A stretch of DNA of 64,000 nucleotides, from NCBI GenBank assembly GCA_040954595.2, contig CM082589.2, forward strand, positions 9,250,894 to 9,314,893. Reading direction: 5' to 3'. Origin of the DNA: Balanoglossus misakiensis. Lineage: Eukaryota; Animalia; Hemichordata. The notes under the pieces are model-generated. The model saw nothing but the letters and a program-made list of their open reading frames with translations. It was not told where the DNA came from and did not search any database. How positions within the stretch are numbered: position 1 is the first letter of the stretch; the number at the start of each line of letters is the position of its first letter. Shown one piece after another: positions 28,701 to 41,882 of this stretch. The position numbers were made by a program, and so were the translations under genes.

Positions 28701-31700
28701 AAATGGCGAATCAAGGTTGATGATGCATCAGGGTAGATAGTGATGCAATCACTTCACTTTGACATTGGTATTAAATGCATATGGGGATTTCAAATTGATG
28801 ATATATCCCTGGGTTAATACGTGTCCAAAAGCACTGTACTTTGACATTGCTAATGCAACGATGACATTGAATATGATTCTTTGCATCAGGGTAAATGGCG
28901 TAGCAAGCTTTATGATGCATCAGGGTAGATAGTGATGCAAACACTTCACTTTGACATGGGTATTAAATGCATATGGGGATTTCAGGTTGTTGAAAAATCT
29001 GTGGGTTAATACGTGTCCAAAAGCACTGTACTTTGACATTGCTAATGCAACGATGACATTGAATCGGATTCTTTGCATCAGGGTAAATGGCGTAGCAAGC
29101 TTTATGACGCATCAGGGTAGATAGTGATGCAAACACTTCACTTTGACATGGGTATTAAATGCATATGGGGATTTCAGGTTGTTGAAAAATCTGTGGGTTA
29201 ATACGTGTCGAAAAGCACTGTACTTTGACATTGCTAATGCAATGATGACATTGAATCTGATTCTTTGCATCAGGGTAAATGGCGTAGCAAGCTTTATGAC
29301 GCATCAGGGTAGATAGTGATGCAAACACTTCACTTTGACATGGGTATAAAATGCCTACAGGGGGATTTAAAGTTGTCTGTAAATCCCTGGGTTAATACGT
29401 GTCCAAAAACACTGTACTTTGACATTGCTAATGCAGCGATGACATTGAATCTGATTCTTTGCATCAGGGTAAATGGCGAAGCAAGGTTGATGATGCATCA
29501 GGGTAGATAGTGATGCAAGCTCTGCACTTTGACATGGGTATAAAATGCCTACAGGGGGATTTAAAGTTGTCTGTAAATCCCTGGGTTAATACGTGGCTGA
29601 AAGCACTGTACTTTGACATTGCATATGCAATGGTGACATTGAATGGGATTCTTTGCATTAGGGCAAATGGCGAAGCAAGCTCAATGATGCATCAGAGTAG
29701 ATGGTGATGCAAACTCTGCACTTTCACATGGGTATTTAATGTTAAATGTAAATCCATAGGTTAATACGTGGCCAAAAGCACTCTAATTTGACATTGCTAA
29801 TGCAACGATGACATTGAATCTGATTCTTTGCATCTGGGCAAATGGCGAAGCAAGGTTGATGATGCATCAGGGTAGATAGTGATGCAATCACTTCACTTTG
29901 ACATGGGTATTAAATGCATATGGGGATTTCAAGTTGATGATAAATCCCTTGGTTAATACGTGTCCAAAAGCACTGTACTTTGACATTGCTAATGTAACGA
30001 TGACATTGAATCTGATTCTTTGCATCAGGGTAAATGGCGTAGCAAGCTTTATGATGGATCAGGGTAGATAGTGATGCAAACACTTCACTTTGACATGGGT
30101 ATTAAATGCATATGGGGATTTCAGGTTGTTGAAAAATCTGTGGGTTAATATGTGTCGAAAAGCACTGTACTTTGACATTGCTAATGCAATGATGACATTG
30201 AATCTGATTCTTTGCATCAGGGTAAATGGCGTAGCAAGCTTTATGATGCATCAGGGTAGATAGTGATGCAAACACTTCACTTTGACATGGGTATTAAATG
30301 CATATGGGGATTTCAGGTTGTTGAAAAATCTGTGGGTTAATACGTGTCGAAAAGCACTGTACTTTGACATTGCTAATGCAATGATGACATTGAATCTGAT
30401 TCTTTGCATCAGGGTAAATGGCGTAGCAAGCTTTATGATGCATCAGGGTAGATAGTGATGCAAACACTTCACTTTGACATGGGTATAAAATGCCTACAGG
30501 GGGATTTAAAGTTGTCTGTAAATCCCTGGGTTAATACGTGTCCAAAAGCACTGTACTTTGACATTGCTAATGCAACGATGACATTGAATCTGATTCTTTG
30601 CATCAGGGTAAATGGCGAAGCAAGGTTGATGATGCATCAGGGTAGATAGTGATGCAAGCTCTGCACTTTGACATGGGTATAAAATGCCTACAGGGGGATT
30701 TAAAGTTGTCTGTAAATCCCTGGGTTAATACGTGGCGGAAAGCATTGTACTTTGACATTGCATATGCAATGGCGACATTGAATGGGATTCTTTGCATTAG
30801 GGCAAATGGCGAAGCAAGCTCAATGATGCATCAGAGTAGATGGTGATGCAAATTCTGCACTTTCACATGGGTATTTAATGTTAAATGTAAATCCATAGGT
30901 TAATACGTGGCCAAAAGCACTCTAATTTGACATTGCTAATGGAACGATGACATTGAATCTGATTCTTTGCATCAGGGCAAATGGCGAATCAAGGTTGATG
31001 ATGCATCAGGGTAGATAGTGATGCAATCACTTCACTTTGACATTGGTATTAAATGCATATGGGGATTTCAAATTGATGATATATCCCTGGGTTAATACGT
31101 GTCCAAAAGCACTGTACTTTGACATTGCTAATGCAACGATGACATTGAATATGATTCTTTGCATCAGGGTAAATGGCGTAGCAAGCTTTATGATGCATCA
31201 GGGTAAATAGTGATGCAAACACTTCACTTTGACATGGGTATTAAATGCATATGGGGATTTCAGGTTGTTGAAAAATCTGTGGGTTAATACGTGTCCAAAA
31301 GCACTGTACTTTGACATTGCTAATGCAACGATGACATTGAATCTGATTCTTTGCATCAGGGTAAATGGCGTAGCAAGCTTTATGACGCATCAGGGTAGAT
31401 AGTGATGCAAACACTTCACTTTGACATGGGTATTAAATGCATATGGGGATTTCAGGTTGTTGAAAAATCTGTGGGTTAATACGTGTCGAAAAGCACTGTA
31501 CTTTGACATTGCTAATGCAATGATGACATTGAATCTGATTCTTTGCATCAGGGTAAATGGCGTAGCAAGCTTTATGACGCATCAGGGTAGATAGTGATGC
31601 AAACACTTCACTTTGACATGGGTATAAAATGCCTACAGGGGGATTTAAAGTTGTCTGTAAATCCCTGGGTTAATACGTGTCCAAAAACACTGTACTTTGA

Positions 31701-34700
31701 CATTGCTAATGCAGCGATGACATTGAATCTGATTCTTTGCATCAGGGTAAATGGCGAAGCAAGGTTGATGATGCATCAGGGTAGATAGTGATGCAAGCTC
31801 TGCACTTTGACATGGGTATAAAATGCCTACAGGGGGATTTAAAGTTGTCTGTAAATCCCTGGGTTAATACGTGGCTGAAAACACTGTACTTTGACATTGC
31901 ATATGCAATGGTGACATTGAATGGGATTCTTTGCATTAGGGCAAATGGCGAAGCAAGCTCAATGATGCATCAGAGTAGATGGTGATGCAAACTCTGCACT
32001 TTCACATGGGTATTTAATGTTAAATGTAAATCCATAGGTTAATACGTGGCCAAAAGCACTCTAATTTGACATTGCTAATGGAACGATGACATTGAATCTG
32101 ATTCTTTGCATCTGGGCAAATGGCGAAGCAAGGTTGATGATGCATCAGGGTAGATAGTGATGCAATCACTTCACTTTGACATGGGTATTAAATGCATATG
32201 GGGATTTCAAGTTGATGATAAATCCCTTGGTTAATACGTGTCCAAAAGCACTGTACTTTGACATTGCTAATGTAACGATGACATTGAATCTGATTCTTTG
32301 CATCAGGGTAAATGGCGTAGCAAGCTTTATGATGCATCAGGGTAGATAGTGATGCAAACACTTCACTTTGACATGGGTATTAAATGCATATGGGGATTTC
32401 AGGTTGTTGAAAAATCTGTGGGTTAATACGTGTCGAAAAGCACTGTACTTTGACATTGCTAATGCAATGATGACATTGAATCTGATTCTTTGCATCAGGG
32501 TAAATGGCGTAGCAAGCTTTATGATGCATCAGGGTAGATAGTGATGCAAACACTTCACTTTGACATGGGTATAAAATGCCTACAGGGGGATTTAAAGTTG
32601 TCTGTAAATCCCTGGGTTAATACGTGTCCAAAAGCACTGTACTTTGACATTGCTAATGCAACGATGACATTGAATCTGATTCTTTGCATCAGGGTAAATG
32701 GCGAAGCAAGGTTGATTATGCATCAGGGTAGATAGTGATGCAAGCTCTGCACTTAGACATGGGTATAAAATGCCTACAGGGGGATTTAAAGTTGTCTGTA
32801 AATCCCTGGGTTAATACGTGGCGGAAAGCACTGTACTTTGACATTGCATATGCAATGGTGACATTGAATGGGATTCTTTGCATTAGGGCAAATGGCGAAG
32901 CAAGCTCAATGATGCATCAGAGTAGATGGTGATGCAAACTCTGCACTTTCACATGGGTATTTAATGTTAAATGTAAATCCATAGCTTAATACGTGGCCAA
33001 AAGCACTCTAATTTGACATTGCTAATGCAACGATGACATTGAATCTGATTCTTTGCATCTGGGCAAATGGCGAAGCAAGGTTGATGATGCATCAGGGTAG
33101 ATAGTGATGCAATCACTTCACTTTGACATGGGTATTAAATGCATATGGGGATTTCAAGTTGATGATAAATCCCTGGGTTAATACGTGTCCAAAAGCACTG
33201 TACTTTGACATTGCTAATGTAACGATGACATTGAATCTGATTCTTTGCATCAGGGTAAATGGCGTAGCAAGCTTTATGATGCATCAGGGTAGATAGTGAT
33301 GCAAACACTTCACTTTGACATGGGTATTAAATGCATATGGGGATTTCAGGTTGTTGAAAAATCTGTGGGTTAATACGTGTCCAAAAGCACTGTACTTTGA
33401 CATTGCTAATGTAACGATGACATTGAATCTGATTCTTTGCATCAGGGTAAATGGCGTAGCAAGCTTTATGATGCATCAGGGTAGATAGTGATGCAAACAC
33501 TTCACTTTGACATGGGTATTAAATGCATATGGGGATTTCAGGTTGTTGAAAAATCTGTGGGTTAATACGTGTCCAAAAGCACTGTACTTTGACATTGCTA
33601 ATGTAACGATGACATTGAATCTGATTCTTTGCATCAGGGTAAATGGCGTAGCAAGCTTTATGATGCATCAGGGTAGATAGTGATGCAAACACTTCACTTT
33701 GACATGGGTATAAAATGCCTACAGGGGGATTTAAAGTTGTCTGTAAATCCCTGGGTTAATACGTGTCCAAAAGCACTGTACTTTGACATTGCTAATGCAA
33801 CGATGACATTGAATCTGATTCTTTGCATCAGGGTAAATGGCGAAGCAAGGTTGATTATGCATCAGGGTAGATAGTGATGCAAGCTCTGCACTTAGACATG
33901 GGTATAAAATGCCTACAGGGGGATTTAAAGTTGTCTGTAAATCCCTGGGTTAATACGTGGCGGAAAGCACTGTACTTTGACATTGCATATGCAATGGTGA
34001 CATTGAATGGGATTCTTTGCATTAGGGCAAATGGCGAAGCAAGCTCAATGATGCATCAGAGTAGATGGTGATGCAAACTCTGCACTTTCACATGGGTATT
34101 TAATGTTAAATGTAAATCCATAGGTTAATACGTGGCCAAAAGCACTCTAATTTGACATTGCTAATGCAACGATGACATTGAATCTGATTCTTTGCATCTG
34201 GGCAAATGGCGAAGCAAGGTTGATGATGCATCAGGGTAGATAGTGATGCAATCACTTCACTTTGACATGGGTATTAAATGCATATGGGGATTTCAAGTTG
34301 ATGATAAATCCCTGGCTTAATACGTGTCCAAAAGCACTGTACTTTGACATTGCTAATGTAACGATGACATTGAATCTGATTCTTTGCATCAGGGTAAATG
34401 GCGTAGCAAGCTTTATGATGCATCAGGGTAGATAGTGATGCAAACACTTCACTTTGACATGGGTATTAAATGCATATGGGGATTTCAGGTTGTTGAAAAA
34501 TCTGTGGGTTAATACGTGTCGAAAAGCACTGTACTTTGACATGGCTAATGCAATGATGACATTGAATCTGATTCTTTGCATCAGGGTAAATGGCGTAGCA
34601 AGCTTTATGATGCATCAGGGTAGATAGTGATGCAAACACTTCACTTTGACATGGGTATAAAATGCCTACAGGGGGATTTAAAGTTGTCTGTAAATCCCTG

Positions 34701-37700
34701 GGTTAATACGTGTCCAAAAGCACTGTACTTTGACATTGCTAATGCAACGATGACATTTAATCTGATTCTTTGCATCAGGGTAAATGGCGAAGCAAGGTTG
34801 ATTATGCATCAGGGTAGATAGTGATGCAAGCTCTGCACTTTGACATGGGTATAAAATGCCTACAGGGGGATTTAAAGTTGTCTGTAAATCCCTGGGTTAA
34901 TACGTGGCGGAAAGCACTGTACTTTGACATTGCATATGCAATGGTGACATTGAATGGGATTCTTTGCATTAGGGCAAATGGCGAAGCAAGCTCAATGATG
35001 CATCAAAGTAGATGGTGATGCAAACTCTGCACTTTCACATGGGTATTTAATGTTAAATGTAAATCCATAGGTTAATACGTGGCCAAAAGCACTCTAATTT
35101 GACATTGCTAATGCAACGATGACATTGAATCTGATTCTTTGCATCAGGGCAAATGGCGAAGCAAGGTTGATGATGCATCAGGGTAGATAGTGATGCAATC
35201 ACTTCACTTTGACATGGGTATTAAATGCATATGGGGATTTCAAGTTGATGATAAATCCCTGGGTTAATACGTGTCCAAAAGCACTGTACTTTGACATTGC
35301 TAATGTAACGATGACATTGAATATGATTCTTTGCATCAGGGCAAATGGCGAAGCAAGGTTGATGATGCATCAGGGTAGATAGTGATGCAATCACTTCACT
35401 TTGACATGGGTATTAAATGCATATGGGGATTTCAGGTTGTTGAAAAATCTGTGGGTTAATACGTGTCGAAAAGCACTGTACTTTGACATTGCTAATGCAA
35501 TGATGACATTGAATCTGATTCTTTGCATCAGGGTAAATGGCGTAGCAAGCTTTATGATGCATCAGGGTAAATAGTGATGCAAACACTTCACTTTGACATG
35601 GGTATAAAATGCCTACAGGGGGATTTAAAGTTGTCTGTAAATCCCTGGGTTAATACGTGTCCAAAAGCACTGTACTTTGACATTGCTAATGCAACGATGA
35701 CATTGAATCTGATTCTTTGCATCAGGGTAAATGGCGAAGCAAGGTTGATGATGCATCAGGGTAGATAGTGATGCAAGCTCTGCACTTTGACATGGGTATA
35801 AAATGCCTACTGGGGGATTTAAAGTTGTCTGTAAATCCCTGGGTTAATACGTGGCAGAAAGCACTGTACTTTGACATTGCATATGCAATGGTGACATTGA
35901 ATGGGATTCTTGCATTAGGGCAAATGGCGAAGCAAGCTCAATGATGCATCAAAGTAGATGGTGATGCAAACTCTGCACTTTCACATGGGTATTTAATGTT
36001 AAATGTAAATCCATAGGTTAATACGTGGCCAAAAGCACTCTAATTTGACATTGCTAATGCAACGATGACATTGAATCTGATTCTTTGCATCAGGGCAAAT
36101 GGCGAAGCAAGGTTGATGATGCATCAGGATAGATAGTGATGCAATCACTTCACTTTGACATGGGTATTAAATGCATATGGGGATTTCAAGTTGATGATAA
36201 ATCCCTGGGTTAATATTTGTCCAAAAGCACTGTACTTTGACATTGCTAATGTAACGATGACATTGAATCTGATTCTTTGCATCAGGGTAAATGGCGTAGC
36301 AAGCTTTATGATGCATCAGGGTAGATAGTGATGCAAACACTTCACTTTGACATGGGTATTAAATGCATATGGGGATTTCAGGTTGTTGAAAAATCTGTGG
36401 GTTAATACGTGTCCAAAAGCATTGTACTTTGACATTGCTAATGCAATGATGACATTGAATCTGATTCTTTGCATCAGGGTAAATGGCGTAGTAAGCTTTA
36501 TGATGCATCAGGGTAGATAGTGATGCAAGCTCTGCACTTTGACATGGGTATAAATGCCTACAGGGGGATTTAAAGTTGTCTGTAAATCCCTGGGTTAATA
36601 CGTGGCGGAAAGCACTGTACTTTGACATTGCATATGCAATGGTGACATTGAATGGGATTCTTTGCATTAGGGCAAATGGCGAAGCAAGCTCAATGATGCA
36701 TCAGAGTAGATGGTGATGCAAACTCTGCACTTTCACATGGGTATTTAATGTTAAATGTAAATCCATAGGTTAATACGTGGCCAAAAGCACTCTAATTTGA
36801 CATTGCTAATGCAACGATCACATTGAATCTGATTCTTTGCATCAGGGCAAATGGCGAAGCAAGGTTGATGATGCATCAGGGTAGGTAGTGATGCAATCAT
36901 TTCACTTTGACATGGGTATTAAATGAATATGGGGATTTCAAGTTGATGATAAATCCCTGGGTTAATACGTGTCCAAAAGCACTTTATTTTGACATTGCTA
37001 ATGTAACGATGACATTGAATCTGATTCTTTGCATCAGGGTAAATGGCGTAGCAAGCTTTATGATGCCTCAGGGTAGATAGTGATGCAAACACTTCACTTT
37101 GACATGGGTATTAAATGCATATGGGGATTTCAGGTTGTTGAAAAATCTGTGGGTTAATACGTGGCGGAAAGCACTGTACTTCGATATTGCATATGCAATG
37201 GTGACATTGAATGGGATTGTTTGCATTAGGGCAAATGGCGAAGCAAGCTCAATGATGCATCAGAGTAGATGGTGATGCAAACTCTGCACTTTCACATGGG
37301 TATTTAATGTTAAATGTAAATCCATAGGTTAATACGTGGCCAAAAGCACTCTAATTTGACATTGTTAATGCAACGATGACATTGAATCTGATTCTTTGCA
37401 TCAGGGCAAATGGCGAAGCAAGGTTGATGATGCATCAGGGTAGATAGTGATGCAATCACTTCACTTTGACATGGGTATTAAATGCATATGGGGATTTCAA
37501 GTTGATGATAAATCCCTGGGTTAATACGTGTCCAAAAGCACTGTACTTTGACATTGCTAATGTAACGATGACATTGAATCTGATTCTTTGCATCAGGGTA
37601 AATGGCGTAGCAAGCTTTATGATGCATCAGGGTAGATAGTGATGCAAACACTTCACTTTGACATGGGTATTAAATGCATATGGGGATTTCAGGTTGTTGA

Positions 37701-39053
37701 AAAATCAGTGGGTTAATACGTGTCCAAAAGCACTGTACTTTGACATTGCTAATGCAATGATGACATTGAATCTGTTTCTTTGCATCAGGGTAAATGGCGT
37801 AGCAAGCTTTATGATGCATCAGGGTAGATAGTAATGCAAACACTTCACTTTGACATGGGTATAAAATGCCTACAGGGGGATTTAAAGTTGTCTGTAAATC
37901 CCTGGGTTAATACGTGTCCAAAAGCACTGTACTTTGACATTGCATATGCAATGGTGACATTGAATGGGATTCTTTGCATTAGGGCAAATGGCGAAGCAAG
38001 CTCAATGATGCATCAGAGTAGATGGTGATGCAAACTCTGCACTTTCACATGGGTATTTAATGTTAAATGTAAATCCATAGGTTAATACGTGGCCAAAAGC
38101 ACTCTAATTTGACATTGCTAATGCAACGATCACATTGAATCTGATTCTTTGCATCAGGGCAAATGGCGAAGCAAGGTTGATGATGCATCAGGGTAGATAG
38201 TGATGCAATCACTTCACTTTGACATGGGTATTAAATGCATATGGGGATTTCAAGTTGATGATAAATCCCTGGGTTAATACGTGTCCAAAAGCACTGTACA
38301 TTGACATTGCTAATGTAACGATGATATTGAATCTGATTCTTTGCATCAGGGTAAATGGCGTAGCAAGCTTTATGATGCATCAGGGTAGATAGTGATGCAA
38401 ACACTTCACTTTGACATGGGTATTAAATGCATATGGGGATTTCAAGTTGATGATAAATCCCTGGGTTAATACGTGTCCAAAAGCACTGTACTTTGACATT
38501 GCTAATGCAACGATGACATTGAATCTGATTCTTTGCATCAGGGTAAATGGCGAAGCAAGGTTGATGATGCATCAGGGTAGATAGTGATGCAAGCTCTGCA
38601 CTTGAACTTGGGTATAAAATGCCTACAGGGGGATTTAAAGTTGTCTGTAAATCCCCAGTTTAATACGTGGCGGAAAGCACTGTACTTTGACATTGCTAAT
38701 GCAATGGTGACATTGAATGTGATTCTTTGCATTAGGGCAAATGGCGAAGCAAGCTCAATGATGCATCAGAGTAGATGGTGATGCAAACACTTCACTTTGA
38801 CATGGGTATTAAATGCATATGGGGATTTCAAGTTGTTGAAAATTCCGTAGGTTAATACGTGTCCAAAAGCACTGTACTTTGACATTGCTAATGCAATGAT
38901 GCCATTGAATGTGATTCTTTGCATTAGGGCAAATGGCGAAGCAAGCTTTATGATGCATCAGAGTAGATGGTGATGCAAGCTCTGCACTTTGACATAGGTT
39001 TTCAATGCATATGCATGAGTATTTAAAGTTGACTGTAAATCCCTGGGTTAATA
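13747..39053 (+). repeat. Satellite DNA array (~130 monomers of 194, 192 and 175 bp) with higher-order repeats
   Basis: Monomer CACTTTGACATGGGTAT...GGTTAATACGTG..AAAAGCACTGTACTTTGACATTGC...TGATGCATCAGGGTAGATAGTGATGCAA. Equivalent positions recur at 947, 1139, 1331 and 1715 bp spacing in the ORF track. Confidence 0.98.
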
Positions 39054-41882
39054 CAGTCCCAACAGCGTACAACAACTAAACTGTACGGGAAAGTTCCCGC
39101 ACTAGTTGTAGCAGTGTTGTAGCAGAGATGTTACGGCAACACCTCTTTTGTTGGTTAATTGATGTTTTTTGTCTTAGTTTACGGCAACTACAAAGGTTCC
39201 CGTAGTTTGAAACAAAAGAATGTGTGCTCCATTACGGCAATTTGGGGCAGGTGTTACAGCAAGAAGGGATAATGGGGAGGTGATTATCACCCTGATGTGA
39301 ACAATAGTTGTAGCAATGTCTATGTGTGATAATGAGCTCCACCCACGTGGATTTTGCTTGGTTGGGGGCAATTTATGTCCTGGCCTCACTAAGCAAATAA
39401 ATTCCTTCTAAATCTTGATAGCGAGCAAGTCAGTTGTCAACCTTACTAATATTTCCCCTGTCTCAGTAGCTTTACATACGCTATGCAGGGCTAGCTGACG
39501 GGCTTCAAAGTTTTGTGTTGTGACCTATGCAGAAAGCAAGCGGTTCTAAAAATAAACTTCCATAACAACATGTACACTTGGCGTAAGTTGGCAGGGTATT
39601 GACTAATATGTTGCAATTGTTTGTATCAATGTACATTTTGAGACAACTAGGGCAAGGCCAACAACCTGATCAGGATATTCAAATTAGGTAAAGACGCACT
39701 CAAAACAGCAATTATAATTACAGGACGTGTGCCATGCTGGTGACCAAATAGACGCAGATGGACCTCCCTGGCATTAGTGATACCCTGAGTAATAAAACAC
39801 CTGTTGTTTTGATTACCTTGTCAATATGTGTAAATTTGGCAACAATGTGTTGCAAACCTGATGCTATCAAGCAGAGACATGGCCCAGTGAAAGTCCAAAT
39901 ACATGTAATTCAGAGTGAACCATGGTGCGATGTGTATTTTGAGTTTTTCTGTTTTTTGCACTAGAATTCTGCAGATTTGTGAATGAAGTTGCAGTTCCAT
40001 TTTGTGCGCATGTGTTGAGTTTGGCAGGAGGCCGTAATTGAAATGACTGTCTTCTAAGTTTTGGTGTGGGAAACACCTCTGACACCACTATGCATATCAG
40101 AGTGCCTGAAACTTTTGGACCCATGTGCTTTTTATTTACATGATGAAATCGGCCACATGTTGACCTCGTAATTTATTCAAATTATTATTCACGTCAAAAG
40201 CTGTTAGACAGGGCAGCAGGATGTCTAGCCGCTCATCTTTTTACCAGGTCGATCGATCGATACTACCGGCACTACCACACATGTTGACCTCGTAATTTAT
40301 GCAAAGTATTATTCACATCAAAAGCCGTTTGACACAGGTGGAGGACGTCTAGGCCCGGTCTTGCCGGCCACTCATCTTTTACCACCATGATTTGACCACT
40401 TGGCAAGTGCTCTGAAATAATAGGACTAGTTTCATGTTGTGAATGTACGTTCGCAGTAATAAGTTTCTCATGAATATTCACGCACCCGAGAGCTTGACAA
40501 AGAAGCATTTGGACTAAACCACTATACCACTGTATTTTGTTGAAAGTTCAGCGATCAATACTGTCATGCATGCCCGCTCGTAGTAATCACTTTGTTGTCA
40601 ACTTTTTTATTTCAGGAATGTTGATTAAACAATACATTGAACTGGCTGGATTTGAACAGGAAATGTTAAAATTTTACATGTGAATTTGAAACTTACCATC
40701 AATTCATTCACTGCGGCCACCCCCTCTCTGTCTGGATATAAAGGTCGCTCATTGAATGTATTTTATCAGGCGCGGACTTTGGGGGCAAGAGGTAGCCAGA
40801 CAATGATTGACAGGCAAATTGTATCCAAATTCTGCCAAGTGCAGGGGCTTGCTTAGACTAAACAAATTGCGTGAATATATAATGAGTAAACATGTAGGTC
40901 ATTCATCCCAAACCGGCCAACTAATTGCTGCCAGTCACTTCCCATCATGTTCAAGCACTGCCCGTCGGAAAATGAGTGTATATCCATTGCCGTAATAATA
41001 GAATATTGAAATAATACAGACCATTACTACTTATGAAACCCTTCAAAATTATAGTCAAGACTCTCAAAACTTGTATGTTCTAAAGATCAAACTGCAGCGG
41101 AACGTGGTACTGCAGGCCAACATTATTTTGTAAACAAGCCTACTATTTATTATCAGGGTCTTCATGTAAGGGGGGGGGGGGGGGCAGCAGGTCAAAAAAA
41201 ATGAAAGCCAATGTCTTTTAAGCTAAACCCAATTGTGAAATGCGTCATTGTGTTTGATTTTCCATTGGTCATGCTGTATCTCTCAAATATTAATTGGTCC
41301 AGCTCCTTGAAAGAAAAGAAACCCCAGCAAAACATGTGCATTCTACAACACTGGGGTAGGGATGTGTTGACCTCTGTTCATGTCCACAGACTGTTCTGTT
41401 ACCAAGAGAGTTCAGACTTTGTCGATGAACATAACATCATTCCAAAACTGACTTCATTGGTATTTGATGTCAGCCCTTTGCCATTTTATTCTCAGACAGA
41501 GCTTCTTTTGTAAACTTTGTGATACAATGTTGCAGTGACCTGTTGCAAAAATGTTGCACTCTAGTTCTAGACCTGTCAATCACTCTAGTTGTAGCAAAAT
41601 AATCAACACCTTGAACAAAAGGCATCACTCTGTGGGGCTAATTGACAGGTGTTGCAGCAGTATTTATGGGTAGAGGTGTTAAGCTTCCCTTGTTAATGGC
41701 TTGCCCTAAAGGAGTTGCCGTAGTTTTTACGGAAATGTAACAAAAGGAAATGGGCCTTAGACAATTGTTGCAGCAAACTCTGCTACAACTAACAATAGTT
41801 CCCGTAGGGGTTCCCGTAGGGTTGACGTACTACTTGCCGTATTCAGAAATGTACAAATAGTTGTTCTATTCTGTTGGGACTG
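39054..41882 (-). mobile_element. 2829-bp TIR DNA transposon with TA duplication (Tc1/mariner superfamily-like, decayed)
   Basis: TA|CAGTCCCAACAG ... CTGTTGGGACTG|TA: 12-bp perfect TIR, imperfect to ~30 bp. The empty site GGGTTAATACATGGCC is visible at ~43014-43029. Confidence 0.9.
41285..41450 (-). pseudogene. Tc1-like transposase relic
   Basis: Minus strand with stops and frameshifts: FWNDVMFIDK (cf. W..V.FSDE, first catalytic D), then ~32 codons later WGFFSF/GAGPI (cf. VWGCFS..G.GPL). Confidence 0.5.
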
